Of a stretch of DNA of 64,000 bases, positions 36,518 through 45,753 are shown piece by piece. The position numbers and the translations under genes were made by a program. Source of the DNA: Kofleriaceae bacterium (lineage in GTDB: Bacteria; Myxococcota_A; Polyangia; Haliangiales; Haliangiaceae); contig JBKJLC010000222.1 in NCBI GenBank assembly GCA_046597055.1, forward strand, positions 25,586 through 89,585, in the 5' to 3' direction. Numbering within the stretch: position 1 is the first letter of the stretch; the number at the start of each line of letters is the position of its first letter. A model generated the notes under the pieces. It did no database searches. It saw only the letters and a list, made by a program, of their open reading frames with translations, and was not told where the DNA came from.

Positions 36518-39500
36518 ATGGAACCTGACGCGCCCGCTCCTCGCCGTGGTTCGGCCACCGCTCGCCGGCGCCGCAAGGTCGCGTGGACCAAGCGGCTGCG
36601 CCGGGTCGGGATGGCCTGGCAGAACGCGCTCGAGATCATGCGCGCCGGCCGGCTCACCGCCCCCTACGGCGCGCCGTTCGAGGTCGTCCACGCGACCCCC
36701 ATCTACCGGCTGCGTCATTACCGCAACAGCGACACCACGCCCGCCACCACGCCGCCGCTGCTGCTGGTGCCGCCGCTCATGGTCGCCAGCGAGGTCTACG
36801 ACATCGCGCCCGATGTGAGCGCGATCGCGTACCTGACCCGCAGCGGCGTCGACGTGTGGGTCGTCGACTTCGGCGCCCCCGAGCGCGAGGAGGGCGGCCT
36901 CGAGCGCACGCTCGACGATCACGTGCGCGGGGTGTCCGAGGCGATCGACCAGGTCCGCCAGCGCACTGGCCAGGACGTCCACCTCGCCGGCTACTCGCAG
37001 GGCGGCATGTTTGCCTACCAGGCGGCGGCCTACCGGCGCAGCGCTGGCATCGCGTCGATCATCACGATGGGCAGCCCGGTCGACATCCACCGCACGGTGC
37101 CGCTCGCCGAGCAGCTGGTCGAGCGCATGGTGTCGGGGCTGTCGCGCGCGATCGCGGGACCACTCGCGCACATCGACCGCCTGCCCGGCCGGGTCACCTC
37201 GACCGGCTTCAAGCTGCTGAGCGTGCGCAAGGAGGCCGGCCAGCTGGTCGAGTTCGTGCGCAAGCTGCACGACCGCTCGGCGCTCGAGAAGCGCGAGGCC
37301 CGGCGCTTGTTCCTGGGCGGTGCCGGCTTCGTGGCCTGGCCGGGCCCGGCGCTGCGCAAGTTCATCAGCGAGATCGTGGTCGCCAACCGGATGACCTCGG
37401 GCGGCATCGTGATCGACGGCCACACCACGACCCTGGCCGACATCGACTCGCCGATCCTCTACTTCTTCGGCGAGCGCGACACCATGGGCCGGCCCGCGGC
37501 GGTGCGCGGCATCCGCAAGGCGGCGCCGGCGGCCGACATGATCTACGAGGTGGCGGTCAAGGCCGGCCACTTCGGGCTGGTGGTCGGCTCGACCGCGCTG
37601 ACCGTGACCTGGCCGACCGTGGTCGAGTGGATCCGCTGGCAAGCCGGCGACGGCCCCCGCCCGGCGCGGATGGTCGAGCCCGGCGCCACCACGTCGATCC
37701 CGACGATCGGCCCCGACGACGAGGACGCGGACGACGACGTCGAGGACGATGACATCGACACCGCGTTCGGCGAGATGCAGTTCGATCTCGAGCTGGTGCA
37801 GGACGTGCTGGGCAAGACCGCGCGCGCGGTGATGGAGCGGGTCGGCGACGTCACCCAGGACGTGTCCGACTACCTCGACAACCTGCGCTGGCAGGTGCCG
37901 CGCCTGCACCGGCTGCGCAGCCTGCGCGACGACACCGCGATCTCGCTCGGCAAGGAGCTCGCCGAACAGGCCCGCGAGATCCCCGATCAGACCTTCTTCA
38001 TGTGGCGCGACCGCGCGTTCACGTACGCCGACGCCAACCGCCGGGTCGACGCGGTGGTCCGCGGCCTCATCCAGTCCGGCGTCCGCCCCGGCCACAAGGT
38101 CGCGGTCGTGATGCAGAGCCGGCCCAGCTACCTGTCGGTGGTCGCCGCGCTGTCGCGGCTGGGCGCGGTCGCGGTGCTGATCGCGCCGGCGACGCTGGCG
38201 TCGGCGCTCACCCGCGCGCTCGACGTCGGCGAGGCCGAGCGGGTGATCACGGATCCCGAGACCGTGGCGGCGGTGCGGACCAGCTGGGCCGGGCCGCTGT
38301 TCGTCCTCGGGGCCGCCCACGACCAGCGCGCGCTGCCGCCCGGCGTGGTCGACCTCGAGCAGATCGATCCCGACGCGGTCGTGATGCCGACCTGGTTCCG
38401 TCCGGATCCCGGACGCGCGCGCGACCTGGCGCTGGTGTTCGTGTCCGGCGGTCGCTTCGAGACCCCGCGGGCCAGCCGCATCACCAACCGGCGCTGGGCG
38501 TTCTCGGCGCTCGGCGCCGCCGCCACCTGCACGCTGACCAACCGCGACACCGTGTATTGCTGCCTGCCGCTGCACCACCCGACCGCGATGCTGGTCGCCG
38601 CCGGCAGCGCGCTGTGCGGCGGCGCGCGGCTGGCGCTGGCGTCGCGGTTCGCGCCCGACGTGTTCTGGGCGGAGGTCCGGCGCTACGGCGTCACCGTGGT
38701 CTTCTACGCCGGCGAGATGTGCCGCTCGCTGGTGCGGGCGCCGTTCGCGATCGGCGAGCAGAACCATCCGGTCCGCCTGTTCGCCGGCTCCGGCATGCGC
38801 CCGGATCTCTGGCGCAAGCTGACCGAGCGGTTCGGCTCGGGCGTGCTCGAGTTCTACGCGTCGACCGAGGCGTCGGCCGTGCTCGCCAACGCCTCGGGCG
38901 AGAAGATCGGCGCGGTCGGCCGGCCGCTGCCCGGCAGCCCCGAGCTGGCGATCGCGGCCTACGACTTCGACGCCGACGACCTGGTGCGCGACGGCAACGG
39001 CCGGGTGACCCGGGCCCGGGTCGATCAGCCCGGCATGCTGATCGCGCGCCTCGACACCGCGCGCGGCATCGCCGATCTCGCGCATATCGCGCCGACCCGG
39101 CTGCTGCGCGACGCGCTGGCCCCGGGCGACACCTGGTACGCCAGCGGCGATCTGCTCAAGATCGACGGCGACGGCGACCACTGGTTCGTCGACCGGCACG
39201 GCGACATGATCCGGACCACGGGCGGACCGGTCGCCAGCCGCCTGATCGAGGACGCGCTCCACCAGGTCCCGGGCGTCGACGCGTGCGTCGCGATCGGGTT
39301 GGCCGACGTCGAGCGCGTCGGCAAGCAGGTCGCCGCGGCCGCGTTCGCGCTCGCGCCCGGCGCCACGCTGGACTTGACCGCGCTCGGCCAGGCGATCGCG
39401 ACCCTGCCCGACCACGCCCGCCCGCGCCGGCTACGCCGGGTCGAGGCGATCCCGATGACCGACGGCTTCCGCCCGCTCAAGAAGCCGATCCGCGACCTCG

Positions 39501-39613
39501 GCTTCGGTGACGGTCCCGACGTCTGGGCCTGGGACCCGGCGACCGCGAGCTTGCGCACCACCGCCCGCACCGCCAGTCCGCCGCCGGCGCCGACCCACGA
39601 CGCCCGGCCCTGA
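36518..39613 (+). CDS. Fusion of PhaC-like alpha/beta hydrolase and FATP-like acyl-CoA synthetase (Rv1683-like)
   Basis: PLLLVPP, AGYSQGG, GERD, GHFG; acidic linker; YCCLPLHH, FYAGEMCR, EFYASTE, SGDLL, FVDRHGD. Confidence 0.88.
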   Translation: MEPDAPAPRRGSATARRRRKVAWTKRLRRVGMAWQNALEIMRAGRLTAPYGAPFEVVHATPIYRLRHYRNSDTTPATTPPLLLVPPLMVASEVYDIAPDVSAIAYLTRSGVDVWVVDFGAPEREEGGLERTLDDHVRGVSEAIDQVRQRTGQDVHLAGYSQGGMFAYQAAAYRRSAGIASIITMGSPVDIHRTVPLAEQLVERMVSGLSRAIAGPLAHIDRLPGRVTSTGFKLLSVRKEAGQLVEFVRKLHDRSALEKREARRLFLGGAGFVAWPGPALRKFISEIVVANRMTSGGIVIDGHTTTLADIDSPILYFFGERDTMGRPAAVRGIRKAAPAADMIYEVAVKAGHFGLVVGSTALTVTWPTVVEWIRWQAGDGPRPARMVEPGATTSIPTIGPDDEDADDDVEDDDIDTAFGEMQFDLELVQDVLGKTARAVMERVGDVTQDVSDYLDNLRWQVPRLHRLRSLRDDTAISLGKELAEQAREIPDQTFFMWRDRAFTYADANRRVDAVVRGLIQSGVRPGHKVAVVMQSRPSYLSVVAALSRLGAVAVLIAPATLASALTRALDVGEAERVITDPETVAAVRTSWAGPLFVLGAAHDQRALPPGVVDLEQIDPDAVVMPTWFRPDPGRARDLALVFVSGGRFETPRASRITNRRWAFSALGAAATCTLTNRDTVYCCLPLHHPTAMLVAAGSALCGGARLALASRFAPDVFWAEVRRYGVTVVFYAGEMCRSLVRAPFAIGEQNHPVRLFAGSGMRPDLWRKLTERFGSGVLEFYASTEASAVLANASGEKIGAVGRPLPGSPELAIAAYDFDADDLVRDGNGRVTRARVDQPGMLIARLDTARGIADLAHIAPTRLLRDALAPGDTWYASGDLLKIDGDGDHWFVDRHGDMIRTTGGPVASRLIEDALHQVPGVDACVAIGLADVERVGKQVAAAAFALAPGATLDLTALGQAIATLPDHARPRRLRRVEAIPMTDGFRPLKKPIRDLGFGDGPDVWAWDPATASLRTTARTASPPPAPTHDARP

Positions 39614-39708
39614 CCGCCGCCAGCGCGCGCCGAGCCGTTCGGTCCGCGACCGGGGGTCGGGTGCGAACGAGGCTCGTCTCGTATAGATGAGGAGACGTCC
39701 GGAACGTC

Positions 39709-39742
39709 GAAGCCCCGCTGGGTGAGCAGCGGGGCTTCTTTC
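39709..39742. terminator. Intrinsic terminator-like hairpin between convergent CDS and tRNA pair
   Basis: GAAGCCCCGCTG-ggtgag-CAGCGGGGCTTC 12-bp stem followed by TTT on +. Confidence 0.7.
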
Positions 39743-39755
39743 GTTCAGTCCCGGG

Positions 39756-39827
39756 TGAGGGCGGTCAGACTCGAACTGACAACCAGCGGATTAAGAGTCC
39801 GATGCTCTACCATTGAGCTACGCCCCC
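39756..39827 (-). tRNA. tRNA-Lys (anticodon CUU), CCA not encoded
   Basis: GGGGGCGTAGCTCAATGGTAGAGCATCGGACTCTTAATCCGCTGGTTGTCAGTTCGAGTCTGACCGCCCTCA folds as cloverleaf. Confidence 0.95.
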
Positions 39828-39869
39828 GGAATTACTTACTTCTTAGTCTAGTCTCGGTACCTTTTCAAG

Positions 39870-39943
39870 TGAGCTCGGGGCGACTCGAACGCCCGACCTA
39901 CGGGTTCGAAGCCCGGCGCTCTATCCAACTGAGCTACGAGCCC
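39870..39943 (-). tRNA. tRNA-Arg (anticodon UCG), CCA not encoded
   Basis: GGGCTCGTAGCTCAGTTGGATAGAGCGCCGGGCTTCGAACCCGTAGGTCGGGCGTTCGAGTCGCCCCGAGCTCA; loop CT-TCG-AA. Confidence 0.93.
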
Positions 39944-39961
39944 TGGCGAGGCCGGGCGGAT

Positions 39962-39990
39962 AGATAGTGCCGCACGCTGCGATCTGTCAA
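39962..39990 (-). promoter_or_regulatory. sigma70-type promoter of the tRNA pair
   Basis: Perfect TTGACA, 17-nt spacer, then CTATCT, 18 nt upstream of tRNA-Arg. Confidence 0.55.
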
Positions 39991-40258
39991 GCGGCGGCCG
40001 AAATGATCGTGCCCGCGGCGGCATGGCGCACCCCTCCGTGGGGTAGCGCCTCTGGGGGTCAGCCCCCAGACAAGCGACCTCACGCACGTCTCCCGGGGGC
40101 AAAGTCACCAGGAACACGCGCAGTTTTCAGCCCTTAGGGAGTAAGAACGAGCTTCCAAAAAGCGGTCAGGCCGCATTAGTATTGCCTCGCCTTGCCGGTG
40201 AACGGGGATCGCGTCAGCGACCGCCCCAGGTTCACCGACTACCCGAGGGGGACTATCC

Positions 40259-43200
40259 GTGTTCAGCAAAGACCGCCGCATCAACCTGGTCCTGTCCCTC
40301 TTCTTCTTGCTGCTGAGCGCCTGCGGAGGCCTCGGCAGCGGCTGCGGCTGCACGACGCAGCCGTTGCCGGCCGGCGGCCTTCCCAGCGACCAGACCATCG
40401 AAGGCGGCGGTCAGATCCGGGTGACCCGGGCCGGCTTCGCCAAGCTCACCTCGGTCATCCCCGCGCTGCTCAACGATCAGCTGTCCGACGGCTTCTGCAT
40501 CGGGCAGCAGAGCATCCTCGGCGCCAACGTCTGCTACGAGAACCAGGGACCGACCTGCAACCCGGGTTGCCGGGTCAACGTCGCGCTGCAGGAGACCCGC
40601 CTGCAGGTCACCAACGCGCAGACGCTCAACGTCTACATACGCGCCAACATCAGCGTGCCGGTCCGCATCGACCCGCCGATCTTCGGCGCGTGCACGATGA
40701 CGGTCACCGCCAACAACCTGTCGGCGGATCTCGATATCGGCTTCGGCATCAACCCGACCACCGGCGAGATGACGCTCCGGCTGAATCGCATCAACAGCTA
40801 CGACCTGTCGGGCGTCAGCTACTCGGGCTGCACCGTCATCAGCTTCCTCGCCTCGCTGGTCACCAGCCTGGCCGGCACCATCCTCGGCGAGTTCGTGGTC
40901 GACCTGCTGACCCCGACGATCAACGATCTCATCCAGGGCTTCCTGCCCAGCCCGCTCGGCATCGAGGGCATGGTCGACGTCGGCGCGCTGCTCGCGGGCG
41001 TGTCGCCCGGCACCGAAGGCTTCATGGAAGCGCGCATGGTCCCAGGCGGATACGTGTCGCTACAGAACAGCGGCATGTCGCTGGGGCTCATCACCGGCCT
41101 CAACGCCGACCAGGACCCGACCACCCGCACCGCGCAGCTCGACAGCGAGCCGGCCTACTGCGTCCCGCCGATCCCGGCGCCGGACTTCGCGGCCGCGCCC
41201 GCCAGCCTGCCCCGCGTCGCCGGCCGCAACACCTTCACCTTGGCCGCGGCCGAGGAGTTCCTCGGCATGCCCGAGCCGGCCGACGATCTCGTGATCGGCC
41301 TGTCGGAGACGATGCTCGACCTCGCCGGTCACCACCTGGTCACCTCGGGCGGCATGTGCCTCGGCGTCGGCACCTCGCTGATCGCCCAGCTCAAGCTCGG
41401 CACGATCGGCCTGCTGGTCCCGTCGCTCGGCGAGCTCGGCAAGGGCGACGAGCCGCTCTTGCTGGTCACCCGGCCCCAGCGCGCGCTCGACTTCACGGTC
41501 GGCGAGGGCACCGAGGCGTCGCCCGCGTTCACGATCCACATCAAGGAGTTCGAGGTCGACTTCTACGGCTTCATCTACGAGCGCTACACGCGCGCGTTCA
41601 CGATGTCGCTGGACCTCGACGTCGGCGTGAACCTCGAGTTCGTGCAGATGCCGGGCATGCCGGCCCAGGTCAAGCCAGTCCTGGTCGGCCTGACCTCGTC
41701 GAACATCGACATCACGGTGCTCAACAACGAGTTCGTGAAGGAGACCCGCCAGCAGCTCGAGGCGGTGCTGCCGACCGTGTTCGACCTGGCGCTGCCGCTG
41801 CTCGGCGACGGCCTCGGGCCGATCGACGTGCCGTCGTTCGCTGGCTTCACGCTCAACAACCTGCGGGTCCAGAAGGTCGTCACCGCCCAGGACGAGTTCG
41901 TGGCGATCTACGCGTCGCTGGGCGCGTCGCAGATGATGCGCACCACCGCGGCCGATCAGTATCCGTCGCTCGGCCCGGTGGTCGACCGCCTCGACCAGGG
42001 CGTCGGCATGCCGAGCTGGCCGTCCCGGGTCGAGACCCCGATCGCGAGCCTGCGCTCGGTGGTGGTGCCGACCCCGGCCCAGATCCGCGGCGCGCTGATG
42101 GGCGAGGCCGGCGGCGCGCTGCCGACCGTGACCATCGAGGTCGCGCACCGCGACGACCACGGCCGCGAGCTCGAGTGGAGCTACAACCTCGACAACGGCC
42201 TGTGGCGCCCGTACTCGTCGGCCACGCCGCTGGTGATCGCCGACCGCGCGTTCGCCTGGCAGGGCCACTACACGATCGGCCTGCACGCCCGGGTCAAAGG
42301 CGACTACCGGACCACCGCGGTCCAGCGGATCGACCTGCCGGTCACGATCGACTCGATGGGCCCGAAGATCCGCGTCGACGAGGCGCGGCTGACCGACCGC
42401 GGCCTGTACGTGCCGGCCACCGACGCGGTGTACGAGGACGGCCTCGAGTGGGCGTTCGGCACGATCACCTCGGACCAGCCGGTCACCGGCTGGCAGCCGT
42501 CGCCGACCCTGGCTCGCGCCCAGGTCACCGCGCTCGAGACCGACGGCGAGATCCTGGTCTTCGTCCGCGACCCGAGCGGCAACGTCTCGATGGCGATCGC
42601 CCGCAGCAACTTCCACGGCGCGGCCGGCGAGGGCGGCTGCAGCTGCCGCTCGACCGGCGGGCCCGACACCGGCTCGATCCTGCTGCTGATGCTGGTCGCC
42701 GGCGTCCTGCTGGGGGCGGGGCGGTCGCGCCGCCCTTTTGCGCGGCGCGCGGTCGTCGCCCTCGGGGCGGTCGCGCACAAGGCTAGCCGGACCGTGCGGG
42801 CGGGCGGGCGCCTGGCGCCGATGCTGGCGGTGTGGGCCGGCCTGAGCCTGGCGCTGTCGATGGTCCCGGGCTGCTCGTGCGGCTCGGCCGCTGGCCACGC
42901 CTGCGAGCTGTCCGAGGACTGCGACGACCTCGAGTGCCCCGAGGGCCAGATCGCGATCTGCTTCGAGGGCGAGTGCCTGTGCACCGACGACGTGCCGTAC
43001 GGCAAGATCGGCCTGATGTCCGACGTCGCGGTGGCGCCCAACGCCGACGTGGTGGTGTCGGCCTACGCCCAGAACCACGGCGACCTGGTGGTCGCGCGCT
43101 TTGCCGGCGCCGGCCGGATCGCCGACGAGGCCTGGGAGTTCGTCGACGGCGTCCCCGACGGCCCGGTCGCCCTGCCCGAGTCCGATGTGCGCGGCGGCAT

Positions 43201-44242
43201 CCTCGACCCCGGCCCCGACGTCGGCCTCTACACCTCGGTGGCGATCGGCACCGCCGACGTGCCGATGGTCGCGTACCACGACAAGACGACCGGCTCGCTC
43301 AAGTTCGCGGCGAAGTCCGGGGGCGCCTGGCAGAACCACGTGGTCGATGCCGGCACCGGCACCATCGCCCCCGAGATCGGCGGCGAGCAGGTCGGGCTCT
43401 ACAACGCGCTGTCGCTGCGCACCGACGACGGTCGCCCGGCGATCGCGTACCTCGCGATGATCTCGCAGGGCGACGGCCTGGTGGTCGGCGAGGTCCGCTT
43501 CGCCCAGGCCACCAGCGCCTTGCCGGCCGGCTCCACCGACTGGCAGGTGACCGTGATCGACATGATGGCGCTGCCGCCGGTCGACCCGCTGAGCCCCGAC
43601 CCGTACCCGATCCCGGCCGGCATCGGCCTGTTCATCGAGATGGCCCGCGACGCCGCCGGCAACCCGGCGATCGTCTACTACGACCGCCAGGGCGGCAACC
43701 TCAAGCTCGCGCGGTGGAGCACGGCCAACAGCCGCTTCGACCTCAGCGTCATTGCCGGCCAGACCGGCGATGACGGCTGGTACCCGTCGATCGCCTTCGA
43801 CGCCCAGGACGTGGCCCACATCGCCTACCAGGGCGCCGACCACGACGACGTCTTCTATCTCAACACCATGTCGAACACGCGCGAGCTGGTCGACGACGGC
43901 TACCGGATCGTCGGCACCACTCCCGAGGGGCTGCCAAAGCCGGAGTTCCACTTCGTCGGCTCCGACACGCAGATCGTGACGACGTCGACCGGGCCGTACG
44001 TGATCTACCAGGACTCGACCAGCCACGAGCTGCTGTACGCGAGCAAGCAGGGTGACGACTGGGTCCCGACGCCCCTGGCCGGCAACGAGATGACGTTCCA
44101 GGGCGCCTACGGCTTCTATGCGTCCGCGGTCGCCGGCGGCAACGAGGTGGTCGTCTCGACCTGGGTGATCCACCAGCAGCTCGTCGACAACTGGGTCGAG
44201 GTGTTCCGGATCCCGCTCGGCACCGGCCGCATCCTGGACTGA
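40259..44242 (+). CDS. Large surface lipoprotein: BPI/LBP(TULIP)-like region, Ig-like region, internal MYXO-CTERM, second lipoprotein signal, beta-propeller-like C-terminal domain
   Basis: GAGGGG SD and GTG; LSAC lipobox; GGCSCRSTGG-TM-RSRR near aa 792-824; LAVWAGLSLALSMVPGCSC near aa 856-874; repeated GLYTSVAI/PAIAY blades. Confidence 0.85.
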   Translation: MFSKDRRINLVLSLFFLLLSACGGLGSGCGCTTQPLPAGGLPSDQTIEGGGQIRVTRAGFAKLTSVIPALLNDQLSDGFCIGQQSILGANVCYENQGPTCNPGCRVNVALQETRLQVTNAQTLNVYIRANISVPVRIDPPIFGACTMTVTANNLSADLDIGFGINPTTGEMTLRLNRINSYDLSGVSYSGCTVISFLASLVTSLAGTILGEFVVDLLTPTINDLIQGFLPSPLGIEGMVDVGALLAGVSPGTEGFMEARMVPGGYVSLQNSGMSLGLITGLNADQDPTTRTAQLDSEPAYCVPPIPAPDFAAAPASLPRVAGRNTFTLAAAEEFLGMPEPADDLVIGLSETMLDLAGHHLVTSGGMCLGVGTSLIAQLKLGTIGLLVPSLGELGKGDEPLLLVTRPQRALDFTVGEGTEASPAFTIHIKEFEVDFYGFIYERYTRAFTMSLDLDVGVNLEFVQMPGMPAQVKPVLVGLTSSNIDITVLNNEFVKETRQQLEAVLPTVFDLALPLLGDGLGPIDVPSFAGFTLNNLRVQKVVTAQDEFVAIYASLGASQMMRTTAADQYPSLGPVVDRLDQGVGMPSWPSRVETPIASLRSVVVPTPAQIRGALMGEAGGALPTVTIEVAHRDDHGRELEWSYNLDNGLWRPYSSATPLVIADRAFAWQGHYTIGLHARVKGDYRTTAVQRIDLPVTIDSMGPKIRVDEARLTDRGLYVPATDAVYEDGLEWAFGTITSDQPVTGWQPSPTLARAQVTALETDGEILVFVRDPSGNVSMAIARSNFHGAAGEGGCSCRSTGGPDTGSILLLMLVAGVLLGAGRSRRPFARRAVVALGAVAHKASRTVRAGGRLAPMLAVWAGLSLALSMVPGCSCGSAAGHACELSEDCDDLECPEGQIAICFEGECLCTDDVPYGKIGLMSDVAVAPNADVVVSAYAQNHGDLVVARFAGAGRIADEAWEFVDGVPDGPVALPESDVRGGILDPGPDVGLYTSVAIGTADVPMVAYHDKTTGSLKFAAKSGGAWQNHVVDAGTGTIAPEIGGEQVGLYNALSLRTDDGRPAIAYLAMISQGDGLVVGEVRFAQATSALPAGSTDWQVTVIDMMALPPVDPLSPDPYPIPAGIGLFIEMARDAAGNPAIVYYDRQGGNLKLARWSTANSRFDLSVIAGQTGDDGWYPSIAFDAQDVAHIAYQGADHDDVFYLNTMSNTRELVDDGYRIVGTTPEGLPKPEFHFVGSDTQIVTTSTGPYVIYQDSTSHELLYASKQGDDWVPTPLAGNEMTFQGAYGFYASAVAGGNEVVVSTWVIHQQLVDNWVEVFRIPLGTGRILD

Positions 44243-44347
44243 GCGCAGGCTCGGAGGCGGCCGGCAGCCCCCGCGGCAGGATCCCGGGTGTGTTGCGGGG
44301 CGGCCGCCGCTGTACAGGGGATCCCCGGCCTGTCATGCTTCAGGCCG

Positions 44348-45037
<690 letters not shown>

Positions 45038-45040
45038 CGG

Positions 45041-45661
45041 TCAGGGCAGCAGCATCTCCGCGCCCATGGTCACGAACATGCCGAGCTGACCGGCGCTGCC
45101 GACGCCGTTGCCCAGCCAGGCGGTCCCGGCAAACGCGCTGAACGCGCCGACCACGCGCACGTCGTGACCGACCGCGGCGGCGACGCCGCCGCCGAGCTCG
45201 AGGCCGAGCGCGGCGCCCGACACGTCGTCCTGGTCGAAGCGGAGCACCCGGGCAAACCCACCCCCGCGCACGAACGGCGCGAACCCGTCCTGCCCGGGCA
45301 GCTCGCGGCGCACGCCCAGCGACAGGTCGCCGGCGAAGCCGTCGGTGACCCCGTGGTCGCAGCGCATCGCGTCGGGTGGGACCCGGCCGCAGCCGGCGCC
45401 GGGCTGGCCGAAGGTGAAGGCGACCCCGCCGTCGAACCAGTCGCGGTCGGCGAGGCGGTAGAGGTAGCGGCCGCCGACCCGCAGGCCGCCGGGGGTGTGG
45501 CCACCGCCGCCGGCGGCGCCCACCTCGGCCGCCAGCGCGACCTGCGGGTCCTGGCCGCTGCGCTCGAGCGGCTGGTCGGTGATCGCGGGCTCGTCGGCAT
45601 GCGCGGGGGCGACCCCGATCAGGGTGACGCCGAGGACGGCAAGGACGGTCGACCGGATCAT
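45041..45661 (-). CDS. Small outer-membrane beta-barrel-like protein
   Basis: Signal peptide ending AHA; amphipathic strands (LRVGGRYLYRL, PFVRGGG). Confidence 0.65.
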   Translation of the reverse strand: MIRSTVLAVLGVTLIGVAPAHADEPAITDQPLERSGQDPQVALAAEVGAAGGGGHTPGGLRVGGRYLYRLADRDWFDGGVAFTFGQPGAGCGRVPPDAMRCDHGVTDGFAGDLSLGVRRELPGQDGFAPFVRGGGFARVLRFDQDDVSGAALGLELGGGVAAAVGHDVRVVGAFSAFAGTAWLGNGVGSAGQLGMFVTMGAEMLLP

Positions 45662-45717
45662 CCCCGCAGGGTAGGTGGGACCGGGGTGCGGGGCCATTTT
45701 TCGGCCCGGCCCCGGCG

Positions 45718-45746
45718 TTGAGCACGGCTCGCGAGGGGCATAGAGT
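45718..45746 (+). promoter_or_regulatory. sigma70-type promoter, leaderless geometry
   Basis: TTGAGC-N17-TAGAGT, then 7 nt to ATG 45754; no SD. Confidence 0.6.
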
Positions 45747-45753
45747 GCGCGCC

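Noticed and set aside
39756..39943. tRNA pair as an integration site for a prophage or island
   Set aside because: No integrase, no duplicated tRNA 3' end seen in the window, and no compositional shift in flanking genes.
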